A stretch of 64,000 nt of DNA from an uncultured bacterium (GTDB lineage Bacteria > Patescibacteriota > Patescibacteriia > CAIQCM01). This document shows, one piece after another, positions 9,271 to 19,388 of the stretch. Positions within the stretch are counted from its first letter, which is position 1. Every line of letters begins with the position of its first letter. Location of the stretch: NCBI GenBank assembly GCA_963708045.1, contig OY970181.1, positions 67,740 through 131,739 of the forward strand. Reading direction: 5' to 3'. The notes under the pieces were generated by a model. That model saw only the letters and a list, made by a program, of their open reading frames with translations. It was not told the origin of the DNA and searched no databases. A program made the translations under genes and the position numbers.

Positions 9271-10038
9271 ATGTCCACACTTGCAGACCTGGCAGCAGAA
9301 AACTTCGTGCAACTAGCCGCCAACAAATACCCTGGCCGGATCGTTTTCGCTGGCACGAGCTCTTGGGGCGCGATTCTCCAAGGACTCATCATCACCGTGC
9401 GCAGCAAGCCCAATCAGAATCGCGTCCTCGTTCCAGTGCCCGAGCCGAACCCTAACAACGAAGTAGGAACAGAGTTTGCCGACCCAGTTGCCGCCCACGG
9501 CGTTGATCCAACCAACATTCTCTACTTGGCGATGTCCGAAGATACCCACTCGTTCATAACGAGTAACGGCCAACATACCGCGATCATTTACTCAACGCAT
9601 CGCAACCTCGCCCTAGCCGACGGCCTTATGCAGGCCGGATGGAGGTATGAAGAGGACTCAGCTACAACGCCACGCATCGCCGTCCGCTCTTGGATCGGAT
9701 TGAATAATATCGTTCATACCCAATTCGCTGTTCTCAAAAAATCACTCTTTGACGACAGTGTCGTCGCGAACAACTTCCGCTACGACAACATTCCATCCGG
9801 TTTCGGTTTCTACATCTCAACCTACGAGCACGATGGCAATCCGCCACCTCCGTTCGTCGGCGAGCCGCGGCTGATTCCACTCATCGGATCTGATCTTGCC
9901 GACATCACCGACAGCCTCTGGAACGCTATGAGCCGCGACTATCGCGTGGCGATCGCGGTCAAAGAGATTGACCCCAAAACCTTCAAGTCGTGCACTCACA
10001 TCGTGAACCGCTTTCCAAAGGCTCCGACCGAGCCATAG
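9271..10038 (+). CDS. PurO-like (archaeal-type IMP cyclohydrolase family) protein, tentative
   Basis: The N-terminal GRIVFAG...ITVRSKPNQNR and the internal TPRIA motif resemble the PF07826 PurO pattern as recalled from memory. Local GC is up to about 62%, and the gene is flanked by repeat elements. Confidence 0.4.
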   Translation: MSTLADLAAENFVQLAANKYPGRIVFAGTSSWGAILQGLIITVRSKPNQNRVLVPVPEPNPNNEVGTEFADPVAAHGVDPTNILYLAMSEDTHSFITSNGQHTAIIYSTHRNLALADGLMQAGWRYEEDSATTPRIAVRSWIGLNNIVHTQFAVLKKSLFDDSVVANNFRYDNIPSGFGFYISTYEHDGNPPPPFVGEPRLIPLIGSDLADITDSLWNAMSRDYRVAIAVKEIDPKTFKSCTHIVNRFPKAPTEP

Positions 10039-10192
10039 ACTTACGAAGCAAACCCCTCGCAGACAGCGCGCCCGTCCAGTACGGCGCGCTGTTCTCTTTT
10101 GTCTATAAAAATAAAATAAATCAAGCTCATAACAAAACCTCCCATCTTTCTACGATCGTGGAAAGATGGGAGGTTTTAAAATTTAAAATACA

Positions 10193-10230
10193 GCATCACA
10201 TTAATTCGCGATCGCGAATTAATGTGATGC
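10193..10230. repeat. Perfect 38-bp palindrome gcatcacattaattcgcga|tcgcgaattaatgtgatgc
   Basis: Seen in sequence. It lies between the convergent genes at 9271-10038 and pilT. Hairpins at 10141-10170 and 10291-10310 flank it. Confidence 0.8.
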
Positions 10231-10373
10231 ATAAAAATTTTTTAATAAACATTAATCCGAAGCGAAAAAATAAATTAATAAAAACTTCACCAAAAGGTGA
10301 AGTTTTTATTAATTTTTAAAACTATACCCTTCAGCCAAAGGCTGATCCACCTCAGGCGGAAAACGCTAAAAAA

Positions 10374-11405
10374 CTAATCCGTGGCGCTTCGCTTAAACAT
10401 ATCGGCGATGTCTTGCGAGATTAGGCCTTCGCTTAGTAATTCGCGAACGCTTTGATTAAAATTAAACATCCCGGGCGAGGTCTGCATTACGTTTGGAATT
10501 TGCGCAACTTTATTTTCACGAATCATCGTGCCAATGGCTGGCGAATTTAATAACATTTCGCGAACCGCCACGCGGCCGCCGCCTTCTTTTGGCACCAAAT
10601 GCTGGGCAATAACCGCACGAAGCGAAAGCGCCATTTGCGAACGAATTTGGTTTTGATGATACGGCGGGAACATATCAATAATGCGGTCAATTGCCTGCGA
10701 CGCCGATGGCGTGTGCAAAGTTGAAAGCACTAAGTGGCCGGTTTCGGCCAAAGTTAAAGCCGCGGAAACAGTTTCTAGGTCGCGCATTTCGCCGACCATA
10801 ATCACGTTAGGGTCTTGGCGAAGAACGTGCTTAAGTCCTTCGGGAAAACTGGTCATATCTCCACCAAGCTCGCGCTGACGAATAAGCGCTTTGACTGGCG
10901 AGAACAAAAATTCAATTGGATCTTCAAGCGTCACGATGTTCACCGGCTGTTCTTCGTTAATTTTTTGAATCATCGCGGCGAGGGTGGTTGATTTACCGCT
11001 TCCAGTCGGGCCCGTGACGAGGATTAGCCCGTTCATCGCCGTCGTTAGCCGACCGACCACTTCCGGAAGATCAAGTTCTTTAAACGTCGGAACGGTGGTT
11101 GGAATAACGCGCGCCACGAGCGATAAATTACCGCGCTCAACGCAAATATTCACGCGGTAGCGGGCGCCGTTAACATCGTAAGAAAAATCAATGTCTTTAT
11201 GAGCTTCAAAACGCTGGCGCTGTTCGGGCGTAAGAATTTTATCTAGGATCGCCGAAAGGTCTTTGGCCGTAAGCACCGTGTCGTTAAGCGGGATCAGCAT
11301 TCCGTCAACGCGTAATGTTGGCGGACGATCAATTACCAAATGCACGTCCGAGGCTTTGCGTTCAAAAGCCTTTTTTAAAATGTCAGAAAAACTTATCGTG
11401 GCCAT
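10374..11405 (-). CDS. pilT: Type IV pilus retraction ATPase PilT
   Basis: Walker A GPTGSGKST, a PilT/GspE ATPase core and the VNIVTLEDPIEF motif. Length is 343 aa. Confidence 0.9.
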   Translation of the reverse strand: MATISFSDILKKAFERKASDVHLVIDRPPTLRVDGMLIPLNDTVLTAKDLSAILDKILTPEQRQRFEAHKDIDFSYDVNGARYRVNICVERGNLSLVARVIPTTVPTFKELDLPEVVGRLTTAMNGLILVTGPTGSGKSTTLAAMIQKINEEQPVNIVTLEDPIEFLFSPVKALIRQRELGGDMTSFPEGLKHVLRQDPNVIMVGEMRDLETVSAALTLAETGHLVLSTLHTPSASQAIDRIIDMFPPYHQNQIRSQMALSLRAVIAQHLVPKEGGGRVAVREMLLNSPAIGTMIRENKVAQIPNVMQTSPGMFNFNQSVRELLSEGLISQDIADMFKRSATD

Positions 11406-11419
11406 ATTTTTATTTTTTA

Positions 11420-12115
11420 TTACCAGCCTTTTTTGATAATTCCATTTTCCGCGGCTTTGACCTGAGCTTCTTGTTTAGAACTACCTTCGCCGTCGGCAAC
11501 AAATTCTTCGCCCAAATACACGCCAACTTTAAACCATTTATTATGATCCGGACCTTTTTCTTCAAGAACTTTATAGGACGGCGTAACGCCAGCCGTGTCT
11601 TGCGCCGCTTCCTGAAAGCGACTCTTGGGATCCAAATACAAACGATGTTCCAAAATATACGGCAACTTGACGAGGACGCGCTCGGTGCAGAATTTTTTTA
11701 CGGCATCATATCCCTTGTCTAAGTATATCGCACCAACGATCGCTTCAAAAGCGTTGGCTAAAATATATTGTCGCGCTTTGGTTCCCGCATCTTTTGATTC
11801 ACCACGCGAAAGATAAAGATAATCTTCAACGCCCAAGTCTTTGCAGATTCCCGAAAGCATTACCGCATTTACAAGCGCGGCGCGCCAATTTGTTAGATCG
11901 CCTTCGGGGTTAGGATAATTATTGTGAAGGTGTTCGGTTACAACAAGTTCAACGACCGCGTCGCCTAAAAATTCCAATCGTTCATTGTGACCAAGCCTAA
12001 AATCGGGATGCTCGTTAAGGTAGGAGCGATGAACTAGCGCTTGGGTTAAAAAATCAGGATTAGTAAACTTGACACCGAGTGTTTCTTCTAACCCGGAGAC
12101 ATCTTTGTCGGCCAT
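11420..12115 (-). CDS. rnc: Ribonuclease III
   Basis: The RNase III signature ERLEFLGDAV is present, with a C-terminal dsRBD. Confidence 0.92.
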   Translation of the reverse strand: MADKDVSGLEETLGVKFTNPDFLTQALVHRSYLNEHPDFRLGHNERLEFLGDAVVELVVTEHLHNNYPNPEGDLTNWRAALVNAVMLSGICKDLGVEDYLYLSRGESKDAGTKARQYILANAFEAIVGAIYLDKGYDAVKKFCTERVLVKLPYILEHRLYLDPKSRFQEAAQDTAGVTPSYKVLEEKGPDHNKWFKVGVYLGEEFVADGEGSSKQEAQVKAAENGIIKKGW

Positions 12116-12124
12116 ATCGGTAAA

Positions 12125-12208
12125 ATATCTAATGTCTAATATCTAACGTCTAATGAACGCGCCGAGGCCGTCCTTAGATTAGAAATTAAACATTAGATAT
12201 TGAAATTA
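12125..12208. mobile_element. Short MITE-like element with atctaat heptamer TIRs
   Basis: Left arm atatctaatgtctaatatctaacgtctaat, core gaacgcgccgaggccgtcc, right arm ttagattagaaattaaacattagatattgaaatt (inverted). Confidence 0.6.
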
Positions 12209-12219
12209 ATAATAAATAT

Positions 12220-12699
12220 TTATTCTTGCGTTTCTGGTTCGTCTGGAAGTTTCTTTGAAATGATCTTGTCCGCTTCTTTAGTTTGCCCGTTTAAGGCCAT
12301 ATCTTTGAAAACTGCGCCAAGGACGCCGTTTACAAACCTTCCCGATGATTCGCCGCCAAAAGTTTTCGCGAGTTCAATCGCTTCGTTAATCGCGACTTTT
12401 GACGGTATATTCTCCACGTACTTAAGTTCATAAATGCCGAGGCGCAAAATATTCCGATCAACTGTCGTAATTTGTTCAATCGGCCACTCCGGCGCGTACT
12501 TAATAATTGTGGCGTCAATTTCTTCCTGATGGTCGCGAACGCCAGAAACTAGACTTTGGATAAAAGCCTTGTCCTCGTAAGCCGGAGCAAACTCGGAAAT
12601 TGAATGATCAATAATTTCGGCGACCTCGCCGCCATTTCTAAAGTCCATCTGATAGAGGGACTGCATGGCAATAGTTCGGCCTAAATGTCGGTTGGACAT
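12220..12699 (-). CDS. nusB: Transcription antitermination factor NusB
   Basis: [16 protein letters not shown]...NGVLGAV is the NusB fold signature. The protein has a C-terminal extension. Confidence 0.85.
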   Translation of the reverse strand: MSNRHLGRTIAMQSLYQMDFRNGGEVAEIIDHSISEFAPAYEDKAFIQSLVSGVRDHQEEIDATIIKYAPEWPIEQITTVDRNILRLGIYELKYVENIPSKVAINEAIELAKTFGGESSGRFVNGVLGAVFKDMALNGQTKEADKIISKKLPDEPETQE

Positions 12700-12712
12700 A
12701 GATAAAGAGCAG

Positions 12713-12796
12713 GGTATTAGGTTTCGGGTTTCAGGTGTTAGGTTCTGTAATGACCTCTAACCTAAAACCTTGAACCTTGAACCTTAAACCTTAAAC
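12713..12796. mobile_element. MITE-like element with aggtttc/aaccttg heptamer TIRs between nusB and rpmF
   Basis: gtattaggtttcgggtttcaggtgttaggtt ... taacctaaaaccttgaaccttgaaccttaaaccttaaacc. Confidence 0.6.
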
Positions 12797-12994
12797 CTAT
12801 TTAGATGTTTTCTTGACCGCCTTAACTTTGGCCGCGGCGCGACCTTGATAAGTGCCACAAAAAGCGCAAGCATAATGCGAGCGAACGGGCTTTTTGCATT
12901 TGGCGCAAATCGTTAATTGCGTCGGCTTAAGCGCAAAATGCGAAGCGCGACGACGTTTGTGCGATGATGTGCGGCGATGGCCGGGTAATCCCAT
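12797..12994 (-). CDS. rpmF: 50S ribosomal protein L32
   Basis: A 65-aa basic protein with a CAKCKKPVRSHYACAFCGTY zinc ribbon. Confidence 0.85.
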   Translation of the reverse strand: MGLPGHRRTSSHKRRRASHFALKPTQLTICAKCKKPVRSHYACAFCGTYQGRAAAKVKAVKKTSK

Positions 12995-13227
12995 AGAAAT
13001 TTATAATTTAGTATTTAATTATAGCGCATTTCTGCGATTTTGGCAAGTTTGCTCTCCCCTTTTACTATATCTTTGGTAATAAGGCAAGGGTTTAACGGGG
13101 TTTTTTGCTTTAAAAGCCTTATTCGCCCAAGGCACGAGAAACGACCAGCCAGAAGACGAAACCGATAATGTTGACAGCTTTTAGTAATATGTTACAATCT
13201 CTATGTACTGATGTACCAGTACATAGT

Positions 13228-13503
13228 ATGAATGAAAAATATCGTAAGGAGTTGGTTGATCTGCTTGCGAACATAAAAGATTCCAAACTGATGAATCTCT
13301 TCCTAGAAGACCTTCTGACACCGGCTGAGTTAAAAGAAATTGTTTCGCGCTGGCAAATAATCAAACAATTATCAAAAAACGTGCCACAACGAAAAATTTC
13401 GTCTGGGTTAGGCGTGAGCATTGCTAAAATTACCAGAGGGTCGCGCGAACTAATGAATAAAAACGGCGGCTTTTGGAAAATATTAAAAAATACCAATGTC
13501 TAA
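13228..13503 (+). CDS. YerC/YecD-like Trp-repressor-fold protein
   Basis: About 92 aa from Met 13228. The LEDLLTPAEL...GLGVSIAKITRGSREL pattern matches the TrpR-like YerC family. Confidence 0.6.
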   Translation: MNEKYRKELVDLLANIKDSKLMNLFLEDLLTPAELKEIVSRWQIIKQLSKNVPQRKISSGLGVSIAKITRGSRELMNKNGGFWKILKNTNV

Positions 13504-13589
13504 TAATTTTTTAAACAAACAATTAGGTTGGTGGCGGACTTGCAACAACGTGGGCAAGATCCGTTTTTAATGCTAAACAAGCTTTTTAA

Positions 13590-13622
13590 AACGCCCGGAT
13601 CTGCCCCGGGCGTTTTTATTTG
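13590..13622 (+). terminator. Rho-independent terminator
   Basis: aaaacgcccggatctgccccgggcgtttttattt. Confidence 0.75.
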
Positions 13623-13694
13623 GAACAGGGTTGTGAATGGTTCATTCCCCTGCTCAGACAAAAACGTTCCTTAAAAAATCCGAAGGAGGCAGTT

Positions 13695-14789
13695 ATGCCA
13701 TTTCGCACCGACGCATCAGAAAGCCGATTGGTTGGAATCGGAATTGACTTAACCGAAATCTGCAACCGCCGCTGTCCGACTTGTTTTGCGGCACATACCC
13801 CGCAGAATATGTCGCTCGCGATTTACCAAAAAATCGTTGACGAAGCCGCTCAGAACAAATTCACCGAGCTATATATTCTCGGCGGTGAGCCAACCTTGCA
13901 TCCCGATATTTTGGAATGTCTGCAATATTCCAAAAATAAATTCAACCTTGTCATCTTGGTAACGAACATGGATCGCTTGGCCGACCGCGACTTTTGCGCG
14001 GCCGTGGAAAACCAAGGGGTGGTCATCGCCGGACAACGGCATACGCTTGGCAAAAATACCCACAGCCTAAGACTTGAACAATTGCTTGCTGGCGGCGACC
14101 ATCTGCACACTTCTAACCAGGCTTGGGAAAACGTGGCCGCAATTTTTCCGCCTGATCGCGTTTGTGTCCAGTGCTGTATTACCGCGCCGGTCATTGAAAA
14201 CGGCGACATCTTTGATGTCTTTCGCTTCGCACGGCAAATGGGTTATGAGCCGGTAATGGAATTTACCAAAGAAGGCGGTTCGTTCAAGCGCGGCGGAGCG
14301 TTGGATATTCAACCATCAACAATGATGAAGGTGCTTAGGGAGTTCCAACGCATTGATCGCGAAGAATTTAATCTGCCTGGCGCAAGTCTGCTTTCGCCAC
14401 AAGCATACGGAAAAACTTGCCATATGCAAGAAACGTCAATTCACTTTCGCGTGATGGGCGAAGCTGTTCCTTGTGTCGGACATCCAGCCTTAAGCTACGG
14501 AAACATTAGAACGAGCGATCTTAGTAAAATACTAAATCATCCGCTTCGGTCGCAGATTGCGTCGCCCGCAACGTGGGTCTATGGCTACTGCCGCGATACT
14601 TGCGAACACTTTGGGCTTTGCACGGGCGGCTGCCGCGGATCAAGTTACGACATGTCAGGGTGTTACCGGGCAAGCTTCTACTATTGCCCGCATATTCCGC
14701 GCGATCGTCTGAATCTCGCCGATATGATTCCGCCAAGTTGCGACGGTTGCCCGCTTAAAGGCAACTCAACCTGTCATCCTAAACGGTGA
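13695..14789 (+). CDS. Radical SAM / SPASM-domain enzyme (peptide-modifying or anSME-like maturase)
   Basis: A CNRRCPTC (CX3CX2C) cluster near the N-terminus. The C-terminal auxiliary-cluster region is Cys-rich and includes CRDTCEHFGLCTGGCRG (CX3CX5CX3C, a SPASM-like spacing). The RBS ggagg precedes ATG 13695. Confidence 0.8.
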   Translation: MPFRTDASESRLVGIGIDLTEICNRRCPTCFAAHTPQNMSLAIYQKIVDEAAQNKFTELYILGGEPTLHPDILECLQYSKNKFNLVILVTNMDRLADRDFCAAVENQGVVIAGQRHTLGKNTHSLRLEQLLAGGDHLHTSNQAWENVAAIFPPDRVCVQCCITAPVIENGDIFDVFRFARQMGYEPVMEFTKEGGSFKRGGALDIQPSTMMKVLREFQRIDREEFNLPGASLLSPQAYGKTCHMQETSIHFRVMGEAVPCVGHPALSYGNIRTSDLSKILNHPLRSQIASPATWVYGYCRDTCEHFGLCTGGCRGSSYDMSGCYRASFYYCPHIPRDRLNLADMIPPSCDGCPLKGNSTCHPKR

Positions 14790-14857
14790 CGCCGCCGCGC
14801 GGGAGCTGTAGTATGTAAATACTAGAGCTCCCGCATTTTCCTTTAATTAAAAAACGT

Positions 14858-15589
14858 ATGGGAAAAAATTCAATTTATAAAAACCAGGTAAAAATATTGG
14901 ATAATGTTTTTGATATTCAAAAAATTATTTCCGTCCGTTTTTCCAATACCAAAACCGACGCCTATAAAAAATATAACGACACTGCCTGCACTATTTTGGC
15001 GCGATGTTTTAAAAACAAAATTTTAACCTATATAGATCGCCGCGTTGGCCAGTCTTGTCCGGGTGGTAATTATTTTTTAGGCATCATCCCTGCAAAAAAA
15101 AATGCGCTGCGCGGAACATACGTTATGGACGAAAAAGTTTTTAAAACTAATGCCGGTTGCGACGCGTTTATAAACAAACTACCAAAATTTCCAAGAGCGG
15201 CGCAAAAAAATTTCGTGTTGTTTTCTCCACTCTTTAAAGAAACAAAAAAACCAGACATCATAATTTTACTCGTAAACGCCGCGCAAGTCGGGCGGCTTTT
15301 GGGCTTGGGCGCGTATCGTCAATTTTCTTATCCGCAAATTCTTCCGGCAATTTCAACTTGCGCCAGTATTTACGCGCCGCTTGACACGAACAGCATTCAC
15401 CTTAACTTTATTGATTATTTTGACAGATATTATCAAGGAAAACAGGCTGGTGGATTATTATGGAGCGATACGGACATAATCGTTTCTATGCCATATCGTC
15501 TTTTTTGCAAATTAATCCACGACGCCCCGCTTTCGGCCCACGGCAGTTATAAGCCAAATATCAAACCGCAAAAAATTGATCCGATATAA
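14858..15589 (+). CDS. Hypothetical protein, tentatively DUF169 family
   Basis: A 243-aa ORF that directly follows the rSAM gene after a hairpin. The family assignment comes from motif memory (SCPGGNYFLG) and is unverified. Confidence 0.45.
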   Translation: MGKNSIYKNQVKILDNVFDIQKIISVRFSNTKTDAYKKYNDTACTILARCFKNKILTYIDRRVGQSCPGGNYFLGIIPAKKNALRGTYVMDEKVFKTNAGCDAFINKLPKFPRAAQKNFVLFSPLFKETKKPDIIILLVNAAQVGRLLGLGAYRQFSYPQILPAISTCASIYAPLDTNSIHLNFIDYFDRYYQGKQAGGLLWSDTDIIVSMPYRLFCKLIHDAPLSAHGSYKPNIKPQKIDPI

Positions 15590-15590
15590 A

Positions 15591-15620
15591 AATACTCCGC
15601 CAATTGGCGGAGTATTTTAT
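15591..15620. terminator. Bidirectional terminator between DUF169 gene and gyrA
   Basis: aaaatactccgccaattggcggagtatttt. Confidence 0.7.
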
Positions 15621-15629
15621 TGATAAATT

Positions 15630-18094
15630 TTAGACAATGGTGACCGTGGACAGCGCGTCGTTTTCTTCCTTAAAGCGCATAATGCGAACGCCTTGGGTGG
15701 CGCGGCCGATCGTCCGAATCTCGCCCAAAGCCAAACGAATAACTTGGCCATGATTGGAGATCGCAACGATATCGCGTTCATCTTTGGCCGAAACAACAAA
15801 GCCGGTTACGATCTCGCCCGTCTTGGCCGTGACTTCGGCCGTCTTAATGCCGGAGCCGCCGCGCCCTTGCAAACGATATTCTTTCAAGTTAGTGCGTTTG
15901 CCAAAACCGTGCGCCATGACGACCAAAAGTTCCAGCAAATTCTTTTTTACTTCTTCGGAAGAAACAACGTCCATGCCGACAATGTAGTCACCGCGCTTTA
16001 ACTTCATTCCGCGGACGCCCGAAGCGGTACGTCCCATAGAACGAACATCTTTTTCTTCAAAGCGGATGGACATTCCTTTGCCGGTAATGATGACGATTTC
16101 GTCTTTGCCGGTTGAAGGACGAACATATTCAAGTGAATCCTGTTCGTGGAGTTTAAGCGCGATCAAGCCAGAGCGGCGAACTTGGGCAAATTCAGCGATC
16201 TCGGTTTTCTTAATCACACCCTCTTTTGTAATCATCACAAGATACTTAGCGTCGGGCATATCCGAAATCGGCAAAACAGCCGTAACTTTTTCGCTTGGCG
16301 CAAGCTGGAGGAAATTAACCAGTGCCTGTCCCTTGGCCGTTCGCGAGGCCGGCGGAATATCATATGCCTTAAGTTGGAAGACGCGGCCGCGCGACGTAAA
16401 GAAGAGAACATCGGCGTGCGTGCTCGTTGTAAACAACTGTTCAACCATATCTTCTTCTTTGGTCGCAACGCCGATCACGCCCTTGCCGCCGCGCGATTGG
16501 GCGTGGAACGTGTCCGGCGGCACGCGTTTTACATAGCCATCACCGGTAATAATGACAATCGTGGACTCATCAGGAATAACGTCTTCCATTGAAAATTCTT
16601 TAACCCCATGCGCGACGACTTGCGTCCGGCGCTCGTCGCCAAATTTGTCGCGAAGCCCAATGACCTCGTCGCGGACGATTTGCAAAATGCGTTTGGGCGA
16701 CGCCAAAATCGCCATCAGTTCTTTGATAATCTTTTTCTTTTCTTCAAGTTCGGTTTCAACCTTAATTCGTTCCAGGTTGGCAAGCTGCTGCAAGCGCATT
16801 TCCAAAATCGCAACCGTCTGCGCGTCCGAAAGCTTAAACTGCTTGATCAAATTAATCTTGGCTTCGTCTTTGTCCGTAGATTTTTTGATCGTCGCAATGA
16901 CCTTGTCAATATGAAGAATGGCAATGGATAATCCTTCCAAAATATGAGCCCGTTCTTTGGCGCGCATAAGGTCAAATTCGGTGCGCTTTCGGACAACGAC
17001 TTCGCGATGCTTAATATATTCTTCTAACAAAGTTTTTAAATTAAGCACGCGCGGCTGGATACCATCCACGAGCGACAGCATATTCACATGGAAAGTTTCC
17101 TGCAGCTGCGTCTGTTGGAACAAACGATTTAAAACTTTCTTTGGGTACGCGTCTTTTTTAAGTTCAATTACAACGCGCACGCCGTCCTTGTTGGACTCGT
17201 CGCGAATATCGCGGATGCCGTCAATTTTTTTGTCGCGAACCAGATCGGCGATTTTTTCCAAAAGCGTCGCTTTGTTTACCTGATAAGGAATTTCATTGAC
17301 GATGATCTTAAAAGCGCCGGCGCTATCTTCAACGATTTCCGTTTTGGCGCGCAAGTAATCGGCCCGCGACCAGTAACATAAGCCGAGAGAATTTCTTTCT
17401 TGTTATAAATAATGCCGCCGGTCGGAAAATCAGGTCCTTGAACAATATTGGTTAAATCTTCAACCGTTGAATCTGGCTCGTCAATAACTTTGACAATCGC
17501 GTTAGTAATTTCTGTCAGGTTGTGCGGCGGAATGTTCGTGGCCATGCCGACGGCAATGCCGACCGTGCCGTTAAGAAGCAAGTTGGGCAATTTTCCCGGA
17601 AACACCGACGGCTCTTTGTGCGAACCATCATAGTTCGGAATAAACGGAACCGTTTCTTTATCAAGATCAAAAAGAAGTTCTTCGGCGATCGGCGAAAGTT
17701 TGGCTTCGGTATAACGCATGGCCGCGGCGCCATCGCCGTCCATTGAGCCAAAGTTTCCTTGGCCATTCACGAGCGGATAGCGCATAGAGAAATCCTGCGC
17801 CATGCGCACCATTGATTCGTAAACCGCGGAGTCGCCGTGCGGATGGTATTTACCAAGCACTTCGCCGACCACAGTCGCCGATTTTTTGAATTTAGCGTTA
17901 GCGCGAAGGCCGATCGCCCACATCGCATAAAGAATGCGGCGATGCACTGGTTTCATGCCGTCTCTGGAGTCGGGAAGGGCGCGAGCAACAATGACTGACA
18001 TTGCGTAGTCTAGATACGACTCCTGCATTTCCGTCGTAATCTGCCGTTCGTTTATCTTACCGATAAGAAATTCTTTTGGTTGTTTATCACTCAT
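15630..18094 (-). CDS. gyrA: DNA gyrase subunit A, interrupted by an apparent -1/+1 frameshift near 17355-17375
   Basis: The N-terminal ORF (17276..18094) has the GyrA active-site region and ends in an out-of-frame tail (...[14 protein letters not shown]). The C-terminal ORF (15630..17354) begins [10 protein letters not shown], whose homologous sequence is normally contiguous with the N-terminal part. The +1 frame across the junction reads ...RAKTEIVED. Confidence 0.85.
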
Positions 18095-18438
18095 GGTTTT
18101 GCTGGTTCATTTAGAGGCTGCTTCGCGCCCGAGGCGTTAAGCAACGCGGCTTTAATTTTTTGTTTAGTTTCAATTTTTGACTTTAAGTTATTAATGGTCG
18201 CCTCTTTGCCATAGCCCGCGACAATCGCGGCATTCATTTCTTTAACACCATCGTCAAAAATCGTTTGTGCATCTTTAATACTGTTTAAGATTTTTTTTCC
18301 GTCCGATGATATTTCGGTCAAGATGCCGTCCGTTTTCGCGCCGGTGTGTCCAAGGACGCGGGGCAAGGTATAAACCCAACCCACGAGAATCGCCGCGAAG
18401 ACGATAACGCCAATTATAATTGGGGCACTGGTTTTCAT
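18091..18438 (-). CDS. Small membrane-anchored hypothetical protein
   Basis: A 115-aa ORF with an N-terminal TM helix that overlaps the gyrA start by 4 bp. Confidence 0.5.
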   Translation of the reverse strand: MKTSAPIIIGVIVFAAILVGWVYTLPRVLGHTGAKTDGILTEISSDGKKILNSIKDAQTIFDDGVKEMNAAIVAGYGKEATINNLKSKIETKQKIKAALLNASGAKQPLNEPAKP

Positions 18439-18459
18439 ACCAAGTGAAACGATTTAGAT

Positions 18460-19140
18460 TTACGTTTTTTCCAAAACGATTATTTTAGTTTCGGTAGTTG
18501 GCAAATCTTTTTTAGTAATCTTTAGTCTGCTCACGCGTTCAGCTTTAGTGGCGGCAATTTCTTTTAGAAATTTTTCAACATCGTCGCCGCCTTTGGGCAT
18601 TCCGGGAAGGGCGTAATGCATTGGGATAACAATTTTCGGTTCAAGTTCGGAAATAATCGCCACCGCTTCTTTGGCGTTGATCGTTGAATTTCCACCGACC
18701 GGAATAAGCAAAATATCAATGTCTTCAAGCGCTTCGCGCTCGGCGTCCACAATCGGCGTACCAAGATCGCCCAAATGCGCAAAAGAAAGATCGCCGATTT
18801 CAAAACGATAAATTGTGGTGAGTCCGCGTTTTTTCCCGTCGGCGGCATCATGCGGTGCAGGAATACCATAGACAAAAAGTCCACCAATTTCGTATTCGCC
18901 CGGCGAAGTTATTTTAAAAACGTCGCTCTTCCCTTCCATCACTTTAACGGCATCAATATTATTGTGCCAGCTATGATCGTGAGAAACCGTAACAACATCG
19001 GCCGATAGATTGCGCGGTAATTTAAGTCCAGTCTCTGCCTGAAAAGGATCAGTAACGAGTGTTGTTGAGGCATCGCCGTTCTTCGCTTCTATGGAAAAAC
19101 AGGAAACGCCGTGCCATTCAAAAACTAAGGTTGAAGCCAT
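18460..19140 (-). CDS. Metal-dependent hydrolase, beta-lactamase-like fold (UPF0173-like)
   Basis: The VSHDHSWH metal-binding motif and an overall pattern (...HLGDLG...) fit MBL-fold hydrolases. Confidence 0.65.
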   Translation of the reverse strand: MASTLVFEWHGVSCFSIEAKNGDASTTLVTDPFQAETGLKLPRNLSADVVTVSHDHSWHNNIDAVKVMEGKSDVFKITSPGEYEIGGLFVYGIPAPHDAADGKKRGLTTIYRFEIGDLSFAHLGDLGTPIVDAEREALEDIDILLIPVGGNSTINAKEAVAIISELEPKIVIPMHYALPGMPKGGDDVEKFLKEIAATKAERVSRLKITKKDLPTTETKIIVLEKT

Positions 19141-19250
19141 ATCTAGTAAGAGTGATTCTTTAATTTATTAAAATAATTATCCGCCGTAAAACGTCCTTTT
19201 TTGAGCTTATAATTTATCACAGCGAACCTTGTCTGGCAATGGATAAATTA

Positions 19251-19371
19251 CCTTGCGAGTTTTATTATTTTCCGCCTCAAAAATTTAATATGATTACCGC
19301 TTGCGATTTTTTGTCACTGGTTAATCTATGCCAAACGACCGTTTCGGCGGGAAATAATAAAACTCGCAAGG
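19251..19371. repeat. Hairpin element A: 26-bp perfect inverted arms around a 69-nt core (tcaaaaat...ttttttgtcac...cgtttc)
   Basis: The arms ccttgcgagttttattattttccgcc and ggcgggaaataataaaactcgcaagg are exact reverse complements. Confidence 0.7.
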
Positions 19372-19388
19372 TCGGGCTATAGATAAAG

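Noticed and set aside
9990-10319. 109-aa ORF in the AT-rich hairpin cluster
   Set aside because: It spans three palindromic hairpins and a terminator. It is low-complexity and has no RBS, so it is an ORF-finder artefact.
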